Shown: positions 30,935 through 41,752, counted from the stretch's first letter. The stretch: DNA of 64,000 bases from an uncultured Pelagibacteraceae bacterium (GCA_902585665.1 CACIEO010000004.1:22828-86827); one strand, 5' to 3'. Numbers and translations: made by a program. The notes: generated from the letters alone by a model not told the origin.

Positions 30935-32332
30935 ATGAAATCAAAAATAAGAGATTTACAAATATTATTACAAAAAGAAGATTTATTTGGTGCAAAAAAT
31001 TTTTGCGAAGATTTTTTAAGAAATCAGAATATTGATGACGCTAAATTTTATAATTTATATGCTTTGATTTTATATAAATTAAATAATTATGAACATGCAA
31101 TAGATAATTGGAAAAAGTCATTAGAAATAGACCCTAACGTAATTGAATCTTACAATGGACTTGCAAACAGTTTTTTAAAATTAGAAAAATTTGATGAAGC
31201 AATTAAAAATTTTGATCAAATAATAAAAATTAAACCTAGTATAGGAGAAATATACCACGGCAAAGCATTTGCTTTAATGAACCTATGTAAATTTGATGAT
31301 GCTATAATTAATTTTAAAATTGCCTTAAAAAAAAACCCAAATAGTCCAGATATTTATAACATGTTAGGCTCTACATTTTTTAAACAAAAAAAATGGGAGG
31401 AAGCTTGCGAAAATTTTGTTAAAGCTTTGGAATTAAAGCATGATCATAGTCTCGCATCAAAAAATTTGATAAATTTATTAACATTTTATCAACCCAAAAA
31501 AAATTTAGATAATTCAATAATAGAAATAAATAATTTGTTAAAAGAAAAAAAATTCGAATTTCAATTAAAGAATGAAATCACAGATGACCAAATCATAAAT
31601 TATTTCTCAAAAATTTACAAATTATTGACTAAAAATTTGCAAAATTACTTTTTAGATGATGAGCAAATATTTAGAAGAAATAAATTAAATTTAGACTGCG
31701 AAAGACATTTTGAAGTATTTAATAATTATAAAGTCATACCTAAGTATTGTTTTAGTTGCTATAAAATTCAAATTGAACCAAAAAATATTATAGATTTATT
31801 TAAACTTTATATTTTTTTTGATCATCTTGAACTTAAAAATAATAATATTAGAAAATGTATTATAGAATCCAGACCAAAAGTCTCGGGAACTTATAAGGGA
31901 TTAATATACTGCACTGGAGTAGAGGAGTTAAAAACTATTTTTCATAAAGTATCATTACTTTTAAAAAAAAGCTTTGGGTATGATATGCCTATCTTTATGA
32001 AGAGAGGATGTACTGAATTTTCTATTCCTTATCCAAAGTTTAAAGAAATTGACGAGTCAATGAAATATGATGATGACTGGTCTAAATTTGAAAATAAAAT
32101 TGATAAAAATAATAATTATAAAGAAAAAAAAAGCTCAGAAAATACTCTTAATGGAACTAGTATAAGCGACGTTTTGATTATGAGAAATTGGCTAATCTTC
32201 GCAAAAAAAATTAATGATAGCTGTTATAAGAAATTTAATATTGACTTACCTGAAATTAACTATTTTGATAAAAAACTAAATGGACAAATTGAATTTCGAA
32301 AAAAACAATTTCAAAATAATAATAATATTTAA
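30935..32332 (+). CDS. TPR-repeat protein with Cys-containing C-terminal domain
   Basis: About 4 TPR motifs in the first ~170 aa; C-terminal CERH, YCFSCY, RKC, IYC, RGC. Confidence 0.8.
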   Translation: MKSKIRDLQILLQKEDLFGAKNFCEDFLRNQNIDDAKFYNLYALILYKLNNYEHAIDNWKKSLEIDPNVIESYNGLANSFLKLEKFDEAIKNFDQIIKIKPSIGEIYHGKAFALMNLCKFDDAIINFKIALKKNPNSPDIYNMLGSTFFKQKKWEEACENFVKALELKHDHSLASKNLINLLTFYQPKKNLDNSIIEINNLLKEKKFEFQLKNEITDDQIINYFSKIYKLLTKNLQNYFLDDEQIFRRNKLNLDCERHFEVFNNYKVIPKYCFSCYKIQIEPKNIIDLFKLYIFFDHLELKNNNIRKCIIESRPKVSGTYKGLIYCTGVEELKTIFHKVSLLLKKSFGYDMPIFMKRGCTEFSIPYPKFKEIDESMKYDDDWSKFENKIDKNNNYKEKKSSENTLNGTSISDVLIMRNWLIFAKKINDSCYKKFNIDLPEINYFDKKLNGQIEFRKKQFQNNNNI

Positions 32333-32349
32333 GATTTATATATTATATT

Positions 32350-33423
32350 TTATAATTTTACTCCAGACCCTTTCAAAAAAGTAGCTTTTTCATCTAGCTG
32401 CCATCTAGGTAAAGCAGGATGATTTAATTTACTAAATTTTTTTAACTTAAATTTTTCTAAACCCACCATCGCAATCATAGCTGCGTTATCACCACATAAA
32501 TTATGTGGGGGAAAAATAGGTATGAAATTTTCGTTTAAGCTTAATTTTTCCAAATTATTTCTTATATTGCTATTCGCGGCAACTCCACCCGCTATAACAA
32601 AAAAATTTTTTTTTTTATTAGATATTTTTTTAAATTGATCAAAAGCTATTTTAGTTTTTTTAACTAAAATTTCTTCAATTGTTTTTTGAAACGAAGCTGC
32701 CAAATCATATCTATCTTGATCATTTTTAATTGTTTTTGAAATTTTAAGAATAGCTGTTTTAAGACCAGCAAATGATAAATTACAACCACCTTTATTTATA
32801 ATTGGTTTCGGAAGATCATATTTATTTTTATTTCCTTTTGCTGCTAATTTTTCAATGAATGGTCCCCCAGGAAATTTTATTCCTAACAATTTAGCTGTTT
32901 TGTCAAAAGTTTCACCTAAAGCGTCATCGATTGTTGTTCCAAGTCTTTTATATTTCCCCAAATTTTTAACAGCCAAATATTGAGAATGACCACCAGAAAT
33001 TAATAAAAGTAAATATGGAAATTTTAAATCAGTTACAAGTTTTGGACTTAAAGCATGACCCTCTAAATGATTTACAACAATTAGTGGTTTTTTTAAAGTC
33101 ATTGCCAAAGTTTTAGCAAAATTTAAACCTACTGATAAACAAACTATTAAACCTGGCCCACCAGTTACTGCTATAGCATCAATATCACTTAATTTTTTTC
33201 CACTTTTTTTTAAAGCTTTATCTACAATTAAATCAATTTTATCAATATGAGATCTAGCTGCCAATTCAGGAACAACACCACCAAATTTTTTATGAATTTC
33301 TTCTTGGCTTGAAACGATGTTTGACAGTAAATTAGGTACACTTTCATTGCTTTCTTCCAAGATAGAAGCAGCAGTTTCATCGCAGCTCGACTCAATTCCC
33401 AGTATTAATGCTTTTTTTTTCAT
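32350..33423 (-). CDS. tsaD: tRNA N6-threonylcarbamoyltransferase
   Basis: GIESSCDET, HLEGH, SGGHS, DNAAMIA. Confidence 0.98.
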   Translation of the reverse strand: MKKKALILGIESSCDETAASILEESNESVPNLLSNIVSSQEEIHKKFGGVVPELAARSHIDKIDLIVDKALKKSGKKLSDIDAIAVTGGPGLIVCLSVGLNFAKTLAMTLKKPLIVVNHLEGHALSPKLVTDLKFPYLLLLISGGHSQYLAVKNLGKYKRLGTTIDDALGETFDKTAKLLGIKFPGGPFIEKLAAKGNKNKYDLPKPIINKGGCNLSFAGLKTAILKISKTIKNDQDRYDLAASFQKTIEEILVKKTKIAFDQFKKISNKKKNFFVIAGGVAANSNIRNNLEKLSLNENFIPIFPPHNLCGDNAAMIAMVGLEKFKLKKFSKLNHPALPRWQLDEKATFLKGSGVKL

Positions 33424-33482
33424 TAAATTTCTTTTTATAAATTATAAAATTCAAATATAAAAATTAATTATAAATTAATTCT

Positions 33483-34409
33483 ATGAAAAAAAAAATTACT
33501 ATAGGAACAAGAGGAAGTAAATTGGCTTTAATCTATGCTAAAATTGCAGAAAAAAATATTAATAAATTCAAACCAAATTATGGAATAAAATTTGTAAGTA
33601 TAAAAAAATTAACTACAAAAGGGGACAAAGTTCAAAATAAAAGACTTTCTGATGTTGGTGGAAAGGGATTATTTACCAAAAAAATTGAAAATGAACTTTT
33701 AAACAAAAAAATTGATATTGCCGTACATGCATTAAAAGATATTCCGTCAAAAGAAAATAAAAACTTATTTACAAATTGTTTTCTTAAAAGAAATGATGCT
33801 AGAGATGTTTTGATAACTAGAAAAAAACAGAAATTTAAAAATCTTCCAAAAAACTCCATAGTAGGCACCTCATCTTTTAGAAGAGAGTTTCAGCTTAAAA
33901 AAATTAGAAAAGATTTAATTTATAAATTAATTAGAGGGAATGTTGATACAAGAATTAGTAAATTAAAAAATAAAATTTACGATGCAATAATACTATCGTA
34001 TGCAGGCTTAAAAAGTTTGAAAATGGAAAATAATATTTCTCAAGTTTTTTCTCTTTCAGAAATAATACCAAGCGCAGGCCAAGGTACCATTGCTTTACAA
34101 TGCAGAAAAAATGATATTAAAATGGTGAAATTACTAAAAGCTATTAATCATATACCAACTAACATATGTGTAAACGTTGAAAGAGATGTCCTTAAAGTTT
34201 TAGATGGGGATTGTGAAACACCTGTCGGAGTAAATACAAAAATACAAAATAATAAATTAAATATTGTTATTGAATTATTTTCTTTAGATGGAAAGAAAAG
34301 ATTCTTCCTTAAATCATCAAAAGATATAAAATTAGCCCCTTTGGTTGGAAAAGAACTTGGTGAAAAAATAAAAAAAAGATCTAAAAATCTTTATAAAAAA
34401 AATAAATAA
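33483..34409 (+). CDS. hemC: Hydroxymethylbilane synthase
   Basis: GTRGSKLA, GGKGLF, VHALKD, RGNVDTR, GDC. Confidence 0.96.
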   Translation: MKKKITIGTRGSKLALIYAKIAEKNINKFKPNYGIKFVSIKKLTTKGDKVQNKRLSDVGGKGLFTKKIENELLNKKIDIAVHALKDIPSKENKNLFTNCFLKRNDARDVLITRKKQKFKNLPKNSIVGTSSFRREFQLKKIRKDLIYKLIRGNVDTRISKLKNKIYDAIILSYAGLKSLKMENNISQVFSLSEIIPSAGQGTIALQCRKNDIKMVKLLKAINHIPTNICVNVERDVLKVLDGDCETPVGVNTKIQNNKLNIVIELFSLDGKKRFFLKSSKDIKLAPLVGKELGEKIKKRSKNLYKKNK

Positions 34410-35108
34410 ATGCATATTTTGCTTACAAGACCATTTGATGATTGTCGTGAACTTATGTTAAGATTTAAATCATTAGGACACATTGTTTCGCATGTACCTG
34501 TGATTAGTATACAAAAGATTACATATGAAATTCCAGATTTTCCCCAATTTAAAGGAATTATATTTACAAGTGCTAACGCTATTAAATTTTTAGATACAAA
34601 AAAAATTGACAAAAAAATAAAATGTTTTTGTGTTGGAAACGCTACGGAAAAAGTAGCTAAGATGAAAGGATTTCAAAATATATATGTAGCAAGTGGTAAT
34701 GTTGAAAATCTTAAGGAAATAATCCTACAGAACTTTTCGACCACTGAAGGAAAATTAATTTATGTTACCGGGCAAATAATATCTTCAGATCTAGATAAAA
34801 AATTAAATACTGAGGGTTATAATTTAAAAAGAATAATTAATTATAAAGCTATTGAGCAAGAAAAATTTAATAGTGATGAAATTGAAAAGCTTAAAGAAAA
34901 AACACCGGATGTCGTTTACGTTTACTCACAAAATAGTGCAATTAGTTTTTTAAATATGATTAAAAATTATAATCTTCAAAGTTTTTGGATAAATACTAAT
35001 TTAATGTGTATAAGTGAAAAAACTTCTTCTATTTTAAATGAAATAAAGTGGAAAAAAATATTTCTTTTTAGTTCTGGAGAAGAAGAATTTTTGCTGTATA
35101 AAATTTGA
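34410..35108 (+). CDS. hemD: Uroporphyrinogen-III synthase
   Basis: LLTRP, FTSANA, VG.AT; follows hemC. Confidence 0.9.
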   Translation: MHILLTRPFDDCRELMLRFKSLGHIVSHVPVISIQKITYEIPDFPQFKGIIFTSANAIKFLDTKKIDKKIKCFCVGNATEKVAKMKGFQNIYVASGNVENLKEIILQNFSTTEGKLIYVTGQIISSDLDKKLNTEGYNLKRIINYKAIEQEKFNSDEIEKLKEKTPDVVYVYSQNSAISFLNMIKNYNLQSFWINTNLMCISEKTSSILNEIKWKKIFLFSSGEEEFLLYKI

Positions 35109-36196
35109 TTATGGAAATATTTGATAATTTTAAAGATTTATTTTTGTCTGTTTGGAACAGAGGAATTTTGGGCATTGATATTTTTGAGATTTTGATTGGA
35201 TTAGGTATATTTTTAATATTTTTAATTTTTAGAGGTTTAATAAGCAAACTTATAATTAAAAAATTAGAGATCATTTCACAAAGAACCTCAAACAAATTAG
35301 ATGATACCTTTGTTAAAGCAATGGTGGGTCCAGCAAGATTTTTACCTCTTGTTTTAGGATTTTTTATTGCTAGTTACTACATGTCCTTTTCAGATGACAC
35401 CAGATCATTTGTGGACAATATTAACAGAACTCTGATAACGATCTTACTATTTTGGATCATTCATCAAATTATTGAACCTATTTCATACATTCTCAGTGGA
35501 TTAGGAAAAATTCTAACTAGAGAGTTAATTGGGTGGATTATCAAATCGTTAAAAATTTTAATTTTCATTCTAGGAGCAGCTGCAGTTTTAGAATTATGGG
35601 GAATTAAAATAGGTCCGATAATTGCTGGTCTTGGTCTATTTGGTGTTGCAGTTGCTTTAGGTGCACAAGATTTATTTAAAAACTTAATATCAGGTATTTT
35701 GGTTTTGGTTGAAAAACGTTTTAAAATGGGAGACTGGATTTTAGTTGAGGGTATCATTGAGGGGATAGTTGAAAAAATTGGATTTAGATCAACAACAATT
35801 AGGAAATTCGACAAATCTTTAGCTATAATTCCAAATTTCCAATTTGCTGAAAATGCTGTGATTAATGTAAGTCAAACCACTAATTGGATAATTAGTTGGA
35901 TTATTAATCTTCAATACGACACAACTGTTGATCAGCTAAAAAAAATTAGAGATGAAATAGAAGATTATGTAAAAACGCACGAAGACTTTAATACAGAAGT
36001 TGGTTATGCGGTAAGAATAGATAAATTTGCGGAAAGTTCTATAGATATGTATGTACGATGTTTCACAAAAACTAATGAATGGGAGAAGTGGTTATCAGTA
36101 AAAGAGAGATTGGCAATACAGATTAAACAAATTGTTGAAAAAAATGGCGCTGCTTTTGCATTTCCAAGTCAATCAATTTATGTAGAAAAAAAATGA
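35105..36196 (+). CDS. Small-conductance mechanosensitive channel family protein
   Basis: GLGLFGVAVALGAQD, FKMGDWI, IPN, AFPSQ. Confidence 0.93.
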   Translation: MIMEIFDNFKDLFLSVWNRGILGIDIFEILIGLGIFLIFLIFRGLISKLIIKKLEIISQRTSNKLDDTFVKAMVGPARFLPLVLGFFIASYYMSFSDDTRSFVDNINRTLITILLFWIIHQIIEPISYILSGLGKILTRELIGWIIKSLKILIFILGAAAVLELWGIKIGPIIAGLGLFGVAVALGAQDLFKNLISGILVLVEKRFKMGDWILVEGIIEGIVEKIGFRSTTIRKFDKSLAIIPNFQFAENAVINVSQTTNWIISWIINLQYDTTVDQLKKIRDEIEDYVKTHEDFNTEVGYAVRIDKFAESSIDMYVRCFTKTNEWEKWLSVKERLAIQIKQIVEKNGAAFAFPSQSIYVEKK

Positions 36197-36486
36197 TTGC
36201 ATTATTTTATTTAGTGCTTCAGGTTTTGAAACTTTACACCTATGTAGTTATTGCTAATGTAGTAATAAGTTGGCTTGTGGCTTTCAATGTATTAAATACA
36301 TCAAATAGATTTGTTTATTTAGTTTTAGATTTTACTTACAGATTAACAGAACCATTATTATGGCGTATAAGAAGGTTTTTACCTAATCTTGGAGCTTTTG
36401 ATATTTCTCCAATCATTCTTCTTTTGTTGATATGGTTTGTAGAAGTGTGTATGAAGCTTTACCTAGCACCAGTTTTATTTAACTAA
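36193..36486 (+). CDS. yggT: YggT family protein
   Basis: ISWL, LTEPLL..IRR, DISP. Confidence 0.93.
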   Translation: MIALFYLVLQVLKLYTYVVIANVVISWLVAFNVLNTSNRFVYLVLDFTYRLTEPLLWRIRRFLPNLGAFDISPIILLLLIWFVEVCMKLYLAPVLFN

Positions 36487-36488
36487 TT

Positions 36489-37334
36489 ATGATTTTGATT
36501 GATGGAAAAAAAGAAGCAGCAAACTTAAGAGAGGAATTAAAAAAAGAAGTTTCTCAGCTTAAAACGAAATATAATAAGGTTCCCGGTCTTACAGTTATTT
36601 TAATTGGAGATCTTGCACCAAGCCAAATTTATGTGAGAAATAAAGAAAAATCCGCAAAAGAGGTCGGACTAAAATCTGAAGTAATTAAATATCCAGACAG
36701 TGTTGAAGAAATTACAATATTAAAAAAAATTTATGAATTAAATAGAGACGAGACAGTATCTGGTATTTTAGTTCAATTACCATTGCCAAAGCATATTAAT
36801 AAAAAAAAAGTTATAGAGGCAATAATTCCTGAAAAGGATGTTGACGGATTTCATCCTATGAATGTTGGAAATCTTTCATCAGGATACGAAAGTTCGATTC
36901 CTTGCACACCTTTAGGCTGTTACTTGTTAATTAAAAAGATTGAGCCTAATTTGTCTGGAAAAAAAGCTGTAGTAATTGGTAGGTCAAATTTGAATGGTAA
37001 ACCGATGACACAACTACTTTTGAAAGAGAATTGTACAGTAACAATAACCCATTCAAAAACTAAGGACCTAAAAGGTGAGTGTTTAAAAGGCGATATAGTT
37101 GTAGCGGCTGTTGGTATACCAGAGCTAGTTAAAGGTGACTGGATTAAAAAAGATTCAATTGTAATAGACGTAGGAATTAATAAAACCGAAAAAGGTATTG
37201 TTGGGGATGTTGCTTTTGATGAAGTTTCAAAGATTGCAAAAGCTATCACACCAGTTCCAGGTGGGGTAGGACCAATGACTATTGCTTGTTTATTAAAGAA
37301 TACTATTGAGTGCTTTAAAAGATCACAAAGTTAA
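36489..37334 (+). CDS. folD: Methylene-THF dehydrogenase/cyclohydrolase
   Basis: YVRNK, KDVDG, PCTP, TPVPGGVGPMT. Confidence 0.98.
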   Translation: MILIDGKKEAANLREELKKEVSQLKTKYNKVPGLTVILIGDLAPSQIYVRNKEKSAKEVGLKSEVIKYPDSVEEITILKKIYELNRDETVSGILVQLPLPKHINKKKVIEAIIPEKDVDGFHPMNVGNLSSGYESSIPCTPLGCYLLIKKIEPNLSGKKAVVIGRSNLNGKPMTQLLLKENCTVTITHSKTKDLKGECLKGDIVVAAVGIPELVKGDWIKKDSIVIDVGINKTEKGIVGDVAFDEVSKIAKAITPVPGGVGPMTIACLLKNTIECFKRSQS

Positions 37335-38546
37335 TTATCTCAACTTTTTTTTGTGGAAATTAATAAATCGTTCAACATTTTTTTTATTAAAACTTTTATT
37401 TTCTTCAAAAGAAACATTTTTAAGGGAATAAGCTTTACTATTAGTAACTCTGGAAACAATTGTTGTATTTCCTTTATAAAGTTTTAGTTTAATTGAGCCA
37501 TTAACTTTATTTCTTTTTAAATCTATAATTTTTTGTAATTTAAATCTTTCTTTTGAAAACCAATAACCATTGTAAATTAACTCAGCGTATCTTGGCATAA
37601 TATTTTCTTTTATATGCATTGTTGATTTATCTAATGAAACCGACTCAATTGCACGATGTGCAATCATTAGCAACGTTCCACCTGGAGTTTCATAAACACC
37701 TCGAGATTTTATTCCCAAAAATCTATTTTCAACTAAATCCACTCGTCCTATACCATTAGTTCCAGCTAGATGATTTAGTCTCTTTAATAATATTGCGGGA
37801 GATAATTTTTTTCCGTTCAAACCTACCGGATCGCCTTTTTTAAAATTTATAGTTACATAAGTTGCTTTGTTTGGAGCCTTCTCAGGTGAGACAGTTCTTT
37901 GAAAAATAAATTCTGGTGCTTGATTTTTTGGATTTTCTAAGACTTTTCCTTCAGTTGATGTATGAAATAAATTATCATCAATAGAAAAAGGTGGTTCACC
38001 TTTTTTGTCTTTTGGTATTGGAATTTTATTTTTTTTAGCATATTTGATGAGATCAGTTCTAGACTTTAAATTCCAAATACGCCACGGAGCAATTACTTTT
38101 ATTTTTGGGTTAAAAAAATAGTAACCAAGTTCAAATCTTACTTGATCGTTACCTTTTCCTGTTGATCCATGTGATACAGCGTAAGCATTAAATTTTTTAG
38201 CAACCTTGATTTGTGCTTTTGCTATCAATGGCCTGGCTATAGACGTCCCTAATAAATATACACCTTCATAAACAGCGTGACCTCTTATCATTGGGAAAAC
38301 ATATTCTTTAACAAACTCCTCTTGTAAATCTTCAATTATCAGATTTTTAACACCCAAATTTTTAGCGTTATATATAATTTTTTTTTTATTAATTTCTTGT
38401 CCGATATCAGCCGTGTAAGCGATTACATCGGCGTTAAAATTTTCTTGAAGCCATTTTAAAATAATGGATGTATCAAGGCCACCAGAATAGGCTAAAACAA
38501 TTTTTTTTTTATGCTTTTTTTTAGCCGCAGCTTTTTTTTGCTTCAT
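37335..38546 (-). CDS. argG: Argininosuccinate synthase
   Basis: AYSGGLDTS, TGKGNDQVRF, SRGVYETP; start uncertain. Confidence 0.97.
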   Translation of the reverse strand: MKQKKAAAKKKHKKKIVLAYSGGLDTSIILKWLQENFNADVIAYTADIGQEINKKKIIYNAKNLGVKNLIIEDLQEEFVKEYVFPMIRGHAVYEGVYLLGTSIARPLIAKAQIKVAKKFNAYAVSHGSTGKGNDQVRFELGYYFFNPKIKVIAPWRIWNLKSRTDLIKYAKKNKIPIPKDKKGEPPFSIDDNLFHTSTEGKVLENPKNQAPEFIFQRTVSPEKAPNKATYVTINFKKGDPVGLNGKKLSPAILLKRLNHLAGTNGIGRVDLVENRFLGIKSRGVYETPGGTLLMIAHRAIESVSLDKSTMHIKENIMPRYAELIYNGYWFSKERFKLQKIIDLKRNKVNGSIKLKLYKGNTTIVSRVTNSKAYSLKNVSFEENKSFNKKNVERFINFHKKKLR

Positions 38547-39027
38547 TATAAGCTTTTGTAAAACCTAGTAATGAATAATGATCAATTGTTTGTGAGCCTG
38601 AAGAGTTATATCCTGAAACCATTATTCTAGATCCTTTTTTCATTGTTCTAATCATTTTTTTTTCAACCTTATTATCAGCTATCCATGCAAAATTTTCTTG
38701 CGAAATATCAAATTTGTATTTGAACTTACCTGACTTTGCAGTTATTGAATTTTGTTTATTGAATTCATATCCTGCAGTAAGACTAATTTCATCTACAATT
38801 TTTTCGTTAGGCCTGAAAGTAACAAATAATCTCGAATCCCGCTTATTTGTTTTTGGCGACTGAAGCACTGGTTTTGATTGAGCAAAGCAAACAATGCCAT
38901 CAGATTTTGTTAAAACCATAGTTTCCCAGTCTTTAAACTTGCCAACTTTCTTAACTTCTTCAGCTATTAAGCTGAAAGGAAATAATATTAAAATTGTGCT
39001 TGTAATAATTTTGTTAATTATGGGCAT
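38521..39027 (-). CDS. Invasion-associated locus B (IalB)-like exported protein
   Basis: Signal peptide, FKDW, CF, DHYSLLGFTKAY, terminal Cys. Confidence 0.8.
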   Translation of the reverse strand: MPIINKIITSTILILFPFSLIAEEVKKVGKFKDWETMVLTKSDGIVCFAQSKPVLQSPKTNKRDSRLFVTFRPNEKIVDEISLTAGYEFNKQNSITAKSGKFKYKFDISQENFAWIADNKVEKKMIRTMKKGSRIMVSGYNSSGSQTIDHYSLLGFTKAYNEAKKSCG

Positions 39028-40055
39028 GGATTTGGATATAATTTTTGAACATTGTTTATATTTTTTAAAATTTCCTCAGAAAGATTAACATTTACACTTT
39101 CTATGTTAGTTTTCAACTGCTGCATAGTCGTTGCTCCAATTATTACGCTAGTTACAAATGGTTGAATTTCGCAAAATTTAAGTGACATTTGAGCCATATC
39201 TAAATTATATTTTTTAGAAATTTGATAGTATTCCTCCACAGCATTTTCTCGATTTGGTTTATTGTATCTTGTCCAAAAATTATCATCATGGTCTAGTCTA
39301 GATTTTTTCGGTTTTTCGTTATTTCTGTATTTTCCTGTTAAATGACCAATAGCTAATGGGGAATAAGCTAAAAGTCCTATTTTATCTCTAACAGAAATTT
39401 CAGCTAGCCCAACTTCGTATGATCTATTGAGCAGGTTGTAAGGGTTCTGAATTGACATCATTCTAGGAAGTTTTTTTTCCTTTGATATTTCAAGAAATTT
39501 ATTTACACCCCAAGGAGTTTCGTTTGATAGACCGATGTATCTTATTTTTCCAGCTTCAATAAATTTTTGTAAACTTTCTAAAATTTCTTCAAATTTATTC
39601 CAATTCTCATCGTCAGTATGCTGATAACCAAGTGTCCCAAACATATTAGTATTTCTTTCAGGCCAGTGTAATTGATATAAGTCTATGTAATCGGTTTGAA
39701 GTCTTTTTAGACTTCCTTCAATTGCATCTGTTAAGTTTTTCTTACCATATTGATTTCCACCACCACGGACATAAGATCTCATCGGACCACAAACTTTTGT
39801 AGCTAGAATTACCTCTTTTCTTTTTTTAGATTTTTTAAACCAGTTACCTATAATAATTTCGGTATGCCCAAAAGTCTCTTCTTTAGGAGGTATTGAATAT
39901 AATTCTGCTGTATCCCAAAAATTAACTCCTTGATCAATTGCATAATCCATTTGTTGGAATCCCTCTTCTTGTGAATTTTGCTCACCCCAAGTCATCGTGC
40001 CGAGACATATTGTGCTAACTTTTAAGTCAGTATTTCCTAGTTTTTTATAGTTCAT
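39018..40055 (-). CDS. Aldo/keto reductase (Tas-like)
   Basis: LGTMTWG, DTAELY, DLYQLHWP, GLSNET, YSPLA. Confidence 0.93.
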   Translation of the reverse strand: MNYKKLGNTDLKVSTICLGTMTWGEQNSQEEGFQQMDYAIDQGVNFWDTAELYSIPPKEETFGHTEIIIGNWFKKSKKRKEVILATKVCGPMRSYVRGGGNQYGKKNLTDAIEGSLKRLQTDYIDLYQLHWPERNTNMFGTLGYQHTDDENWNKFEEILESLQKFIEAGKIRYIGLSNETPWGVNKFLEISKEKKLPRMMSIQNPYNLLNRSYEVGLAEISVRDKIGLLAYSPLAIGHLTGKYRNNEKPKKSRLDHDDNFWTRYNKPNRENAVEEYYQISKKYNLDMAQMSLKFCEIQPFVTSVIIGATTMQQLKTNIESVNVNLSEEILKNINNVQKLYPNPCP

Positions 40056-40069
40056 TACTAATAAGACTT

Positions 40070-40098
40070 CTTGAAAACATTTTAAAAAATTACTATAT
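40070..40098 (+). promoter_or_regulatory. RpoH-like promoter of the Bax inhibitor-1 gene
   Basis: CTTGAA-17bp-CTATAT. Confidence 0.5.
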
Positions 40099-40108
40099 AT
40101 ACATCAAC

Positions 40109-40864
40109 ATGAACTTTAATAGACAAAACATTTTTCAAGCAACGGAAGCAAAAAAAACAGTAGTTTGGGATGCTGGGCTAAGATCCTACATGCTCAAAAT
40201 ATACAACTATATGGCAACTGGTGTTTTGTTGACGGGTATAATCGCTTTATTATCTTTTAAACTTTCAGTAGAGACCGGTCCAAACGGAGCTATCATAGGA
40301 TTTACACCAATGGGTGAAGCTTTATTTTTTTCAGGATTAAAGTGGGTGGTTATGTTAGCACCTCTCGGAGTAGTATTTTATATGAGTTTTGGCATAAATA
40401 AAATGAGTTCAGCAAAAGCGCAAACAGTGTTTTGGATTTTTGCTGCATTAATGGGATTATCTTTGTCTTGGATATTACTTGTTTATACAGGAGTAAGTGT
40501 TGCAAGAGTTTTCTTTATTACTTCAGCAACTTTCGGTGCAATGAGTATTTACGGTTACACAACTAAAAGAGATCTTACAAAGCTTGGTTCGTTTTTAATG
40601 ATGGGTTTAATTGGAATAATAATTGCATCACTAGTAAATATCTTTCTAAAATCAGCAATGATGTATTTTATAGTTTCAATATTGGGCGTATTGATATTTG
40701 TAGGGTTAACGGCTTACGATACGCAAAAAATAAAAAATATGTATTCAGCGTCTGACAGTGGTGAGGTGATAGGTAAAAAGGCTGTAATGGGTGCATTGAC
40801 GTTATATTTAGATTTTATAAACTTATTTATAATGTTATTGAGATTATTCGGACAAAGAAGATAA
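40109..40864 (+). CDS. Bax inhibitor-1/YccA family membrane protein
   Basis: DAGLRSYM, YGYTTKRDL, AYDTQKIK, ALTLYLDFINLF. Confidence 0.95.
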   Translation: MNFNRQNIFQATEAKKTVVWDAGLRSYMLKIYNYMATGVLLTGIIALLSFKLSVETGPNGAIIGFTPMGEALFFSGLKWVVMLAPLGVVFYMSFGINKMSSAKAQTVFWIFAALMGLSLSWILLVYTGVSVARVFFITSATFGAMSIYGYTTKRDLTKLGSFLMMGLIGIIIASLVNIFLKSAMMYFIVSILGVLIFVGLTAYDTQKIKNMYSASDSGEVIGKKAVMGALTLYLDFINLFIMLLRLFGQRR

Positions 40865-40869
40865 TTTTC

Positions 40870-41208
40870 TTACTTAATTTTTTTCCAATTTGTTCTCAAA
40901 ATTAAATTTTCTAAACTTGAAGAATTATTTATAATTTTCCCATTAGAGTCTGTAATTGAGTATTTCAAGTTTTGATTTATTGGTTTAAAAGTTTTACAAA
41001 TTTTGTAAACAGCGTTTTCGGCTGCATTCTTAAAAACGCTAAACGTAACTTTTTTACTGGAAATAGCTAAGCCATAGTCTTTCCAAGATCCATTTGAAAC
41101 CATTTTTGCATATAAATTTAAAATAGATTTAAGCTCATCTTTTTCAAAAAAATAATTCTTATCTTTTTTGAATGTATTATTTACAACTAATTTTAAATTT
41201 CTATTCAT
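40870..41208 (-). CDS. DUF2794 family protein
   Basis: ELKSILNLYAKMVSNGSWKDY. Confidence 0.85.
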   Translation of the reverse strand: MNRNLKLVVNNTFKKDKNYFFEKDELKSILNLYAKMVSNGSWKDYGLAISSKKVTFSVFKNAAENAVYKICKTFKPINQNLKYSITDSNGKIINNSSSLENLILRTNWKKIK

Positions 41209-41752
41209 CTAATTTATACTTATTAATTATATTGAATTGAAAAGCAGTGAAAATAAAAGTTATTGGAAGCATACCCCACACTTTAAAATTCACCCAAAAC
41301 TCTTCTGATTGAGTCCTCCATATAATTTCATTTAAAATTGCCAAACCAATGAAAAATAACGCCCATCTTTTATTTAAAATTTTCCATCCTTCATCTTGAA
41401 TCTTTAATGCATTTCCTAGAAGTTTTTTTAGAACTGGCTCACGTGTAAAAAATTTTCCAAATATTAGTCCTAAAGCAAACAAAATATTAATTATTGTAGG
41501 TTTAATATATATAAAAATCGGATTTTTAAAATAGATCGTTAAGCCGCCGAAAAGTGTGATCAGAATTCCACCAAGCAAAGGCACAGTTGGAATTTTTTTC
41601 TCTATTTTCCAAACAATAGCTAGAGCAATCAATGTTGCTAAAATAAAAGGGGGGATTGCAATTTCTAAATTTTTTTCATTTCTATAATAAAATGTAAAGA
41701 ATACTAGTAGAGGGCCAAAATCTGTGACAAATTTGTAAAAAGATTTATTCAC
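41201..41752 (-). CDS. ispZ: Intracellular septation protein A (YciB)
   Basis: DFGPL, FGGLT, IKPT, FWVNFKVWG. Confidence 0.92.
   Translation of the reverse strand: MNKSFYKFVTDFGPLLVFFTFYYRNEKNLEIAIPPFILATLIALAIVWKIEKKIPTVPLLGGILITLFGGLTIYFKNPIFIYIKPTIINILFALGLIFGKFFTREPVLKKLLGNALKIQDEGWKILNKRWALFFIGLAILNEIIWRTQSEEFWVNFKVWGMLPITFIFTAFQFNIINKYKLDE

Noticed and set aside
30471-30995. Longer EVE ORF start, and EVE as a defence system
   Set aside because: The extension overlaps the divergent TPR gene; stand-alone EVE genes are common near acs/tsaD and no nuclease partner is present.
38500-38546. argG start anomaly (CAT followed by A10; a missing G would give ATG AAA)
   Set aside because: An in-frame ATG at 38546 overlapping the upstream gene gives an intact protein; cannot distinguish this from an indel without reads.
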